Shown here piece by piece: positions 1-11,017 of a stretch of 64,000 nt of DNA. The first letter of the stretch is position 1; each line of letters begins with the position of its first letter. The notes under the pieces were generated by a model. That model saw nothing but the letters and a program-made list of their open reading frames with translations, did no database searches and was not told the DNA's origin. The DNA lies in the NCBI RefSeq assembly GCF_009914755.1, contig NC_060946.1; one strand, written 5' to 3'. The translations under genes and the position numbers were made by a program. Source of the stretch: the human T2T-CHM13v2.0 reference genome, Homo sapiens.

Positions 1-209
1 TCACAGAATGCTTCTTTCTAGCTTGTAGGGGAAGATATTCCCTTTATCACCATGGGCCTCAAACCGTCCGAAACGTCCACTTCCACATACTACAAAAAGA
101 GCGTTTCAAACCTGCTCTATGAAAGGCAATGTTCAACTCTGTGACTTGAATGCAGACATCACAGAGCAGTTTCTGAGAATGCTTCTGTCTAGATTTTATA
201 GGAAGATAT

Positions 210-226
210 TCCCGTTTCCAACGAAA
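210..226 (-). promoter_or_regulatory. CENP-B box (first of four per HOR; roughly 190 box positions in the window)
   Basis: tcccgtttccaacgaaa is the reverse complement of TTTCGTTGGAAACGGGA and matches the core nTTCGnnnnAnnCGGGn. Confidence 0.97.
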
Positions 227-551
227 TCTTCACAGCTATCCAAATATCCACTTGCAGATTCTACAAAAAGAGTGTATCAAAACTGCTCTGTCAAAAGGAA
301 GGTTCTTCTCTGTTAGGTGAGTGCATACGTCATAAAGGAGTTTCTGAGAATGTTTCTGTCTAGTGGTTATGGGAAGATATTTGCTTTTTCCCCGTAGGCC
401 TCAGAGCGCTCCAAATATCCACTTGCACATGCTACAAAAAGAGTGCTTCAAAGCTGCTCTCTGAAAGGGAATGTTCAACTCTATGAGTTGAATGCAAACA
501 TCACAAAGAAGTTTCTGAGAATGCTTCTGTCTAGATTTGATATGAAGATAT

Positions 552-568
552 TCCCGTTTCCAACGAAA
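552..568 (-). promoter_or_regulatory. CENP-B box (second HOR position)
   Basis: tcccgtttccaacgaaa, 342 bp after the previous box. Confidence 0.97.
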
Positions 569-889
569 TCTTCAAATCTATCCAAATGTCCACTTGCAGA
601 TTCAACAAAAAGTGTTTTTCAAAACTGCTGTATCAAAAGAAAGATCCACGTCTGTTAGCTGAGTTCACACATCACAAACAAGTTTATGAGAATGCTTCTG
701 TCTAGTTTTTATTTGAAGATATTTCCTTTCTCACCATAGACCTGAAAGCTGTCCTAATGTTTTCTTCCAGATACTACAGAAAGAGTGTTTCAAAACTGCT
801 GTACGAAACGGGATGTTCAACTCTGTGACTTGAATGCACACTTCACAAAGAAGTTTCTGAGGATGCTGCTGTCTACTTTTTATACATAA

Positions 890-906
890 TCCCGTTTCCA
901 ACGAAA
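890..906 (-). promoter_or_regulatory. CENP-B box (third HOR position, after the 338-bp short dimer)
   Basis: tcccgtttccaacgaaa preceded by 'ttttatacataa/ttttatacgtaa' instead of 'atgaagatat'. Confidence 0.97.
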
Positions 907-1060
907 TCCTCCAAGCTATCCAAATATCCACTTGCAGATTCCACAGAAAGAATGTTTCAAAACTGCTCTGTCAAGAGAAAGGTTCAACTCTGTTAGCTGC
1001 GTGCATATATCCCAAAGAAGATTCTGAGATTGCTTCTGTCTAGTTTTTATGGGAAGATAT

Positions 1061-1077
1061 TTCCCTTTTCACCGTAG
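1061..1077 (+). promoter_or_regulatory. pJalpha-like site of an A-type monomer (representative; variants in alternate monomers)
   Basis: ttcccttttcaccgtag lies at the position homologous to the CENP-B box, 171 bp from the flanking boxes, and resembles TTCCTTTTYCACCRTAG. Other A monomers carry ttgctttttcaccgtag, ttcctttctcaccatag and ttccctttatcaccatgg. Confidence 0.75.
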
Positions 1078-1231
1078 GCGTCAAGGCGCTCCAAATGTCC
1101 ACTTCCAGATACTACAAAAAGAGTGTTTCAAACCTAATCTGTGAAAGGGAATATTCAACTCTGTGACTTGAATGCACATATCACAAAGAAGTTTCTGAGA
1201 ATGCTTCTGTCGAGATTTTATGTGAAGATAT

Positions 1232-1248
1232 TCCCGTTTCCAACGAAA
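1232..1248 (-). promoter_or_regulatory. CENP-B box (fourth HOR position)
   Basis: tcccgtttccaacgaaa. Confidence 0.97.
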
Positions 1249-2844
1249 TCCTGAAATCTATCCAAATATCCCCTCGCAGATTCTACAAAAAGAGTGTTTC
1301 AAAACTGCTCTGTAAAAAGAAAGGTTCAACTCTGTTACTTGAGTACACACATCACAAACAAGTTTCACAGAATGCTTCTTTCTAGCTTGTAGGAGAAGAT
1401 ATTTCCTTTATCACCATGGGCCTCAAACCGTCCGAAACGTCCACTTCCATATACTAAAAAAAGAGTGTTTGAAACCTGCTCTATGAAAGGCAATGTTCAA
1501 CTCTGTGACTTGAATGCAGACATCACAGAGCAGTTTCTGAGAATGCTTCTGTCCAGACTTTATAGGAAGATATTCCCGTTTCCAACGAAATCTTCACAGC
1601 TATCCAAATATCCACTTGCAGATACTACAAAAAGAATGTATCAAAAATGCTCTGTCAAAAGGAAAGTTCTTCTCTGCTAGTTGAGTACATACGTCATAAA
1701 GAAGTTTCTGAGAATGTTTCTGTCTAGTGGTTATGGGAAGATATTTGCTTTTTCCCCGTAGGCCTCAGAGCGCTCCAAATGTCCACTTGCACATGCTACA
1801 GAAAGAGTGCTTCAAAGCTGCTCTCTGAAAGGGAATGTTCAACTCTATGAGTTGAATGTAAACATCACAAAGACGTTTCTGAGAATGCTTCTGTCTAGAT
1901 TTGATATGAAGATATTCCCGTTTCCAACGAAATCTTCAAATCTATCCAAATGTCCACTTGCAGATTCAACAAAGTGTTTTTCAAAACTGCTGTATCAAAA
2001 GAAAGATCCACCTCTGTTAGCTGAGTTCACACTTCACAAACAAGTTTATCAGAATGCTTCTGTCTAGTTTTTATTTGAAGATATATCCTTTCTCACTATA
2101 GACCTGAAAGCTCTCCTAAAGTTCACTTCCAGATACTACAGAAAGAGTGTTTCAGAACTGCTGTACGAAAGGGAATGTTCAACTCTGTGACTTGAATGCA
2201 CACATCACAAGGAAGTTTCTGAGGATGCTGCTGTCTAATTTTTATACGTAATCCCATTTCCAACGAAATCCTCCAAGCTATCCAAATATGCACTTCCAGA
2301 TTCCACAGAAAGACTGTTTCAAAACTGCTCTGTCAATAGAAAGGTTCAACTCTGTTAGCTGCGTGCATATATCCCAAAGAAGATTCTGAGATTGCTTCTG
2401 TCTAGTTTTTATGGGAAGATATTTCCCTTTTCACCGTAGGTGTCAAGGCGCTCCAAATGTCCACTTCCAGATACTACAAAAAGAGTGTTTCAAACCTTCT
2501 CTATGGAAGGGAATATTGAACTCTGTGACTTGAATGCAGATATCACAAAGAAGTTTCTGAAAATGCTTCTGTCGAGATTTTATATGAAGATATTCCCGTT
2601 TCCAACGAAATCCTGAAATCTATCCAAATAACCCCTCGCAGATTCTACAAAAAGAGTGTTTCAAAACTGCTCTGTAAAAAGAAAGGTTCAACTCTGTAAG
2701 ATGAGTACACACATCACAAACAAGTTTCACAGAATGCTTCTTTCTAGCTTGTAGGGGAAGATATTCCCTTTATCACCATGGGCCTCAAACCGTCCGAAAC
2801 GTCCACTTCCATATACTACAAAAAGAGCGTTTCAAACCTGCTCT

Positions 2845-4206
2845 ATGAAAGGCAATGTTCAACTCTGTGACTTGAATGCAGACATCACAGAGCAGTTTCT
2901 GAGAATGCTGCTGTCTAGATTTTATAGGAAGATATTCCCGTTTCCAACGAAATCTTCAAAGCTATTCAAATATCCACTTGCAGATTCTACAAAAAGAGTG
3001 TATCAAAACTGCTCTGTCAAAAGGAAGGTTCTTCTCTGTTAGGTGAGTGCATACGTCATAAAGGAGTTTCTGAGAATGTTTCTGTCTAGTGGTTATGGGA
3101 AGATATTTGCTTTTTCACCGTAGGCCTCAGAGCGCTCCAAATATCCACTTGCACATACTACAAAAAGAGTGTTTCAAAGCTGCTCTCTGAAAGGGAATGT
3201 TCAACTCTATGAGTTGAATGCAAACATCACAAAGACGTTTCTGAGAATGCTTCTGTCTAGATTTGATATGAAGATATTCCCGTTTCCAACGAAATCTTCA
3301 AATCTATCCAAATATCCACTTGCAGATTCAACAAAGTGTTTTTCAGAACTGCTCTATCAAAAGAAAGATCCACCTCTGTTAGCTGAGTTCACACTTCACA
3401 AACAAGTTTATCAGAATGCTTCTGTCTAGTTTTTATTTGAAGATATATCCTTTCTCACTATAGACCTGAAAGCTCTCCTAAAGTTCACTTCCAGATACTA
3501 CAGAAAGAGTGTTTCAAAACTGCTGTACGAAAGGGAATATTCAACTCTGTGACTTGAATGCACGCATCACAAGGAAGTTTCTGAGGATGCTGCTGTCTAC
3601 TTTTTATACGTAATCCCGTTTCCAACGAAATCCTCCAGGCTATCCAAATATCCACTTGCAGATTCCACAGAAAGACTGTTTGAAATCTGCTCTGTCAATA
3701 GAAAAGTTCAACTCTATTAGCTGCGTGCATATATCCCAAAGAAGATTCTGAGATTGCTTCTGTCTAGTTTTTATAGGAAGATATTTCCCTTTTGACCGTA
3801 GGCGTCAAGGCGCTCCAAATATCCACTTCCAGATACTACAAAAAGAGTGTTTCAAACCTACTCTGTGAAAGGGAATATTCAACTCTGTGACTTAAAGGCA
3901 GATATCACAAAGAAGTTTCTGAGAATGTTTCTGTCGAGATTTTATATGAAGATATTCCCGTTTCCAACGAAATCCCGAAATCTATCCAAATATCCCCTCG
4001 CAGATTCTACAAAAAGAGTTTTTCAAAACTGCTCTGTAAAAAGAAAGGTTCAACTCTGTTAGTTGAGTACACACATCACAAACAAGTTTCACAGAATGCT
4101 TCTTTCTAGCTTGTAGGGCAAGATATTCCCTTTATCACCATGGGCCTCAAACCGTCCGAAACGTCTACTTCCATATACTACAAAAAGAGCGTTTCAAACC
4201 TGTTCT
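2845..4206 (-). repeat. Representative 1362-bp HOR copy (short haplotype, 2-bp deletion)
   Basis: Starts at 2845 and 4207 are 1362 bp apart. The copy has 'ttcaacaaagtg' (~3330) in place of 'ttcaacaaaaagtg'. Confidence 0.95.
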
Positions 4207-7200
4207 ATGAAAGGCAATGTTCAACTCTGTGACTTGAATGCAGACATCACAGAGCAGTTTCTGAGAATGCTTCTGTCTAGATTTTATAGGAAGATATTCC
4301 CGTTTCCAACGAAATCTTCACAGCTATCCAAATATCCACTTGCAGATTCTACAAAAAGAGTTTATCAAAACTGCTCTGTCAAAAGGAAGGTTCTTCTCTG
4401 TTAGTTGAGTACATACGTCATAAAGGAGTTTCTGAGAATGTTTCTGTCTAGTGGTTATGGGAAGATATTTTCTTTTTCACCTTAGGCCTCAGAGTGCTCC
4501 AAATATCCGCTTGCACATACTACAAAAAGAGTGCTTCAAAGCTGCTCTCTGAAAGGGAATGTTCAACTCTATGAGTTGAATGCAAACATCACAAAGACGT
4601 TTCTGAGAATGCTTCTGTCTAGATTTGATATGAAGATATTCCCGTTTCCAACGAAATCTTCAAATCTATCCAAATGTCCACTTGCAGATTCAACAAAGTG
4701 TTTTTCAGAACTGCTCTATCAAAAGAAAGATCCACCTCTGTTAGCTGAGTTCACACTTCACAAACAAGTTTATCAGAATGCTTCTGTCTAGTTTTTATTT
4801 GAAGATATATCCTTTCTCACTATAGACCTGAAAGCTCTCCTAAAGTTCACTTCCAGATACTACAGAAAGAGTGTTTCAAAACTGCTGTACGAAAGGGAAT
4901 GTTCAACTCTGTGACTTGAATGCACACATCACAAGGATGTTTCTGAGGATGCTGCTGTCTACTTTTTATACGTAATCCCGTTTCCAACGAAATCCTCCAA
5001 GCTATCCAAATATCCACTTGCAGATTCCACAGAAAGACTGTTTCAAAACTGCTCTGTCAATAGAAAGGTTCAACTCTATTAGCTGCGTGCATATATCCCA
5101 AAGAAGATTCTGAGATTGCTTCTGTCTAGTTTTTATGGGAAGATATTTCCCTTTTCACCGTAGGTGTCAAGGCGCTCCAAATGTCCACTTCCAGATACTA
5201 CAAAAAGAGTGTTTCAAACCTACTCTGTGAAAGGGAATATTCAACTCTGTGACTTAAAGGCAGATATCACAAAGAAGTTTCTGAGAATGCTTCTGTCGAG
5301 ATTTTATATGAAGATATTCCCCTTTCCAACGAAATCCTGAAATCTATCCAAATATCCCCTCGCAGATTCTACAAAAAGAGTGTTTCAAAACTGCTCTGTA
5401 AAAAGAAAGGTTCAACTCTGTTAGTTGAGTACACACATCACAAACAAGTTTCACAGAATGCTTCTTTCTAGCTTGTAGGGGAAGATATTCCCTTTATCAC
5501 CATGGGCCTCAAACCGTCCGAAACGTCCACTTCCATATACTACAAAAAGAGCGTTTCAAACCTGCTCTATGAAAGGCAATGTTCAATTCTGTGACTTGAA
5601 TGCAGACATCACAGAGCAGTTTCTGAGAATGCTGCTGTCTAGATTTTATAGGAAGATATTCCCGTTTCCAGCAAAATCTTCACAGCTATCCAAATATCCA
5701 CTTGCAGATTCTACAAAAAGAGTGTATCAAAACTGCTCTGTCAAAAGGAAGGTTCTTCTCTGTTAGGTGAGTGCATACGTCATAAAGGAGTTTCTGAGAA
5801 TGTTTCTGTCTAGTGGTTATGGGAAGATATTTGCTTTTTCACCGTAGGCCTCAGAGCGCTCCAAATATCCACTTGCATATACTACAAAAAGAGTGTTTCA
5901 AAGCTGCTCTCTGAAACGGAATGTTCAACTCTATGAGTTGAATGCAAACATGACAAAGACGTTTCTGAGAATGCTTCTGTCTAGATTTGATATGAAGATA
6001 TTCCCGTTTCCAACGAAATCTTCAAATCTATCCAAATGTCCACTTGCAGATTCAACAAAGTGTTTTTCAGAACTGCTCTATCAAAAGAAAGATCCACCTC
6101 TGTTATCTGAGTTCACACTTCACAACAAGTTTATCAGTATGCTTCTGTCTAGTTTTTATTTGAAGATATAACCTTTCTCACTATAGACCTGAAAGCTCTC
6201 CTAAAGTTCACTTCCAGATACTACAGAAAGAGTGTTTCAAAACTGCTGTACGAAAGGGAATGTTCAACTCTGTGACTTGAATGCACACATCACAAAGAAG
6301 TTTCTGAGGATGCTGCTGTCTACTTTTTATACATAATCCCTTTTCCAACGAAATCCTCCAAGCTATCCAAATATCCACTTGCAGATACCACAGAAAGACT
6401 GTTTCAAAACTGCTCTGTCAATAGAAAGGTTCAACTCTGTTAGCTGCGTGCATATATCCCAAAGAAGATTCTGAGATTGCTTCTGTCTAGTTTTTATGGG
6501 AAGATATTTCCCTTTTCACCGTAGGTGTCAAGGCGCTCCAAATGTCCACTTCCAGATACTACAAAAAGAGTGTTTCAAACCTACTCTGTGAAAGGGAATA
6601 TTCAACTCTGTGACTTGAAGGCAGATATCACAAAGAAGTTTCTGAGAATGCTTCTGTCGAGATTTTATATGAAGATATTCCCGTTTCCAACGAAATCCTG
6701 AAATCTATCCAAATATCCCCTCGCAGATTCTACAAAAAGAGTGTTTCAAAACTGCTCTGTAAAAAGAAAGGTTCAACTCTGTTAGTTGAGTACACACATC
6801 ACAAACAAGTTTCACAGAATGCTTCTTTCTAGCTTGTAGGGGAAGATATTCCCTTTATCACCATGGGCCTCAAACCGTCCGAAACGTCCACTTCCATATA
6901 CTACACAAAGAGTGTTTCAAACCTGCTCTAGGAAAGGCAATATTCAACTCTGTGACTTGAATGCAGACATCACAGAGCAGTTTCTGAGAATGCTTCTGTC
7001 TAGATTTTATAGGAAGATATTCCCGTTTCAAACGAAATCTTCACAGCTATCCAAATATCCACTTGCAGATTCTACAAAAAGAGTGTATCAAAACTGCTCT
7101 GTCAAAAGGAAGGTTCTTCTCTGTTAGTTGAGTACATACGTCATAAAGGAGTTTCTGAGAATGTTTCTGTCTAGTGGTTATGGGAAGATATTTGCTTTTT

Positions 7201-8159
7201 CACCTTAGGCCTCAGAGCGCTCCAAATATCCACTTGCACATACTACAAAAAGAGTGCTTCAAAGCTGCTCTCTGAAACGGAATGTTCAACTCTATGAGTT
7301 GAATGCAAACATCACAAAGACGTTTCTGAGAATGCTTCTGTCTAGATTTGATATGAAGATATTCCCGTTTCCAACGAAATCTTCAAATCTATCCAAATGT
7401 CCACTTGCAGATTCAACAAAAAGTGTTTTTCAGAACTGCTCTATCAAAAGAAAGATCCACCTCTGTTAGCTGAGTTCACACATCACAAACAAGTTTATGA
7501 GAATGCTTCTGTCTAGTTTTTATTTGAAGATATTTCCTTTCTCACCATAGACCTGAAAGCTGTCCTAGTGTTCACTTCCAGATACTACAGAAAGAGTGTT
7601 TCAAAACTGCTGTACGAAAGGGAATGTTCAACTCTGTGACTTTAATGCAGACATCACAGACAACTTTCTGAGGATGCTGCTGTCTACTTTTTATACGTAA
7701 TCCCGTTTCCAACGAAATCCTCCAAGCTATCCAAATATACACTTGCAGATTCCACAGAAAGACTGTTTCAAAACTGCTCTGTCAATAGAAAGGTTCAACT
7801 CTGTTAGCTGTATGCATATATCCCAAAGAAGATTCTGAGATTGCTTCTGTCTAGTTTTTATGGGAAGATATTTCCCTTTTCACCGTAGGCGTCAAGGCGC
7901 TCCAAATGTCCACTTCCAGATACTACAAAAAGAGTGTTTCAAACCTACTCTGTGAAAGGGAATATTCAACTCTGTGACTTGAATGCAGATATCACAAAGA
8001 AGTTTATGAGAATGCTTCTGTCTAGATTTTATATGAAGATATTCCCGTTTCCAAAGAAATCCTGAAATCTATCCAAATATCCCCTCGCAGATTCTACAAA
8101 AAGAGTGTTTCAAAACTGCTCTGTAAAAAGAAAGGTTCAACTCTGTTAGTTGAGTACAC

Positions 8160-10900
8160 ACATCACAAACAAGTTTCACAGAATGCTTCTTTCTAGCTTG
8201 TAGGGGAAGATATTCCCTTTATCACCATGGGCCTCAAACCGTCCGAAACGTCCACTTCCATATACTACAGAAAGAGCGTTTCAAACCTGCTCTATGAAAG
8301 GCAATGTTCAACTCTGTGACTTGAATGCAGACATCACAGAGCAGTTTCTCAGAATGCTTCTGTCCAGACTTTATAGGAAGATATTCCCGTTTCCAACGAA
8401 ATCTTCACAGCTATCCAAATATCCACTTGCAGATACTACAAAAAGAATGTATCAAAAATGCTCTGTCAAAAGGAAAGTTCTTCTCTGCTAGTTGAGTGCA
8501 TACGTCATAAAGAAGTTTCTGAGAATGTTTCTGTCTAGTGGTTATGGGAAGATATTTGCTTTTTCACCGTAGGCCTCAGAGCGCTCCAAATATCCTCTTG
8601 CACATACTACAAAAAGAGTGTTTCCAAGCTGCTCTCTGAAAGGGAATGTTCAACTCTATGAGTTGAATGCAAACATGACAAAGACGTTTCTGAGAATGCT
8701 TCTGTCTAGATTTGATATGAAGATATTCCCGTTTCCAACGAAATCTTCAAATCTATCCAAATGTCCACTTGCAGATTCAACAAAGTGTTTTTCAAAACTG
8801 CTGTATCAAAAGAAAGATCCACCTCTGTTAGCTGAGTTCACACTTCACAAACAAGTTTATCAGAATGCTTCTGTCTAGTTTTTATTTGAAGATATATCCT
8901 TTCTCACTATAGACCTGAAAGCTCTCCTAAAGTTCACTTCCAGATACTACAGAAAGAGTGTTTCAGAACTGCTGTACGAAAGGGAATGTTCAACTCTGTG
9001 ACTTGAATGCACACATCACAAGGAAGTTTCTGAGGATGCTGCTGTCTAATTTTTATACGTAATCCCGTTTCCAACGAAATCCTCCAAGCTATCCAAATAT
9101 GCACTTGCAGATTCCACAGAAAGACTGTTTCAAAACTGCTCTGTCAATAGAAAGGTTCAACTCTGTTAGCTGCGTGCATATATCCCAAAGAAGATTCTGA
9201 GATTGCTTCTGTCTAGTTTTTATGGGAAGATATTTCCCTTTTCACCGTAGGTGTCAAGGCGCTCCAAATGTCCACTTCCAGATACTACAAAAAGAGTGTT
9301 TCAAACCTTCTCTGTGGAAGGGAATATTGAACTCTGTGACTTGAATGCAGATATCACAAAGAAGTTTCTGAAAATGCTTCTGTCGAGATTTTATATGAAG
9401 ATATTCCCGTTTCCAACGAAATCCTGAAATCTATCCAAATAACCCCTCGCAGATTCTACAAAAAGAGTGTTTCAAAACTGCTCTGTAAAAAGAAAGGTTC
9501 AACTCTGTAAGATGAGTACACACATCACAAACAAGTTTCACAGAATGCTTCTTTCTAGCTTGTAGGGGAAGATATTCCCTTTATCACCATGGGCCTCAAA
9601 CCGTCCGAAACGTCCACTTCCATATACTACAGAAAGAGCGTTTCAAACCTGCTCTATGAAAGGCAATGTTCAACTCTGTGACTTGAATGCAGACATCACA
9701 GAGCAGTTTCTCAGAATGCTTCTGTCCAGACTTTATAGGAAGATATTCCCGTTTCCAACGAAATCTTCACAGCTATCCAAATATCCACTTGCAGATACTA
9801 CAAAAAGAATGTATCAAAAATGCTCTGTCAAAAGGAAAGTTCTTCTCTGCTAGTTGAGTGCATACGTCATAAAGAAGTTTCTGAGAATGTTTCTGTCTAG
9901 TGGTTATGGGAAGATATTTGCTTTTTCACCGTAGGCCTCAGAGCGCTCCAAATATCCTCTTGCACATACTACAAAAAGAGTGTTTCCAAGCTGCTCTCTG
10001 AAAGGGAATGTTCAACTCTATGAGTTGAATGCAAACATGACAAAGACGTTTCTGAGAATGCTTCTGTCTAGATTTGATATGAAGATATTCCCGTTTCCAA
10101 CGAAATCTTCAAATCTATCCAAATGTCCACTTGCAGATTCAACAAAGTGTTTTTCAAAACTGCTGTATCAAAAGAAAGATCCACCTCTGTTAGCTGAGTT
10201 CACACTTCACAAACAAGTTTATCAGAATGCTTCTGTCTAGTTTTTATTTGAAGATATATCCTTTCTCACTATAGACCTGAAAGCTCTCCTAAAGTTCACT
10301 TCCAGATACTACAGAAAGAGTGTTTCAGAACTGCTGTACGAAAGGGAATGTTCAACTCTGTGACTTGAATGCACACATCACAAGGAAGTTTCTGAGGATG
10401 CTGCTGTCTAATTTTTATACGTAATCCCGTTTCCAACGAAATCCTCCAAGCTATCCAAATATGCACTTGCAGATTCCACAGAAAGACTGTTTCAAAACTG
10501 CTCTGTCAATAGAAAGGTTCAACTCTGTTAGCTGCGTGCATATATCCCAAAGAAGATTCTGAGATTGCTTCTGTCTAGTTTTTATGGGAAGATATTTCCC
10601 TTTTCACCGTAGGTGTCAAGGCGCTCCAAATGTCCACTTCCAGATACTACAAAAAGAGTGTTTCAAACCTTCTCTGTGGAAGGGAATATTGAACTCTGTG
10701 ACTTGAATGCAGATATCACAAAGAAGTTTCTGAAAATGCTTCTGTCGAGATTTTATATGAAGATATTCCCGTTTCCAACGAAATCCTGAAATCTATCCAA
10801 ATAACCCCTCGCAGATTCTACAAAAAGAGTGTTTCAAAACTGCTCTGTAAAAAGAAAGGTTCAACTCTGTAAGATGAGTACACACATCACAAACAAGTTT
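8160..10900. repeat. Near-identical tandem duplication of one HOR (period 1362)
   Basis: ORFs 8294/9656 and 8618/9980 are identical. Rare variants shared: tactacagaaagagcg, gtttctcagaatg, tatcctcttgc, tttccaagct, ctgtaagatgag. Confidence 0.9.
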
Positions 10901-11017
10901 CACAGAACGCTTCTTTCTAGCTTGTAGGGGAAGATATTCCCTTTATCACCATGGGCCTCAAACCGTCCGAAACGTCCACTTCCATATACTACAAAAAGAG
11001 CGTTTCAAACCTGCTCT

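Larger units (their letters stand above)
119..1482 (-). repeat. Representative 1364-bp HOR copy (long haplotype)
   Basis: atgaaaggcaatg at 119 recurs at 1483. CENP-B boxes at 210, 552, 890, 1232 and 1574 give spacings 342+338+342+342 = 1364. Confidence 0.95.

Noticed and set aside
731-931. Only minus-strand ORF
   Set aside because: Chance loss of a stop codon in one copy; the sequence is ordinary alphoid monomer.
7021-7037. Variant CENP-B box tcccgtttcAaacgaaa as a dead box
   Set aside because: The change is at a non-core position; CCCG, the central T and CGAA are intact.
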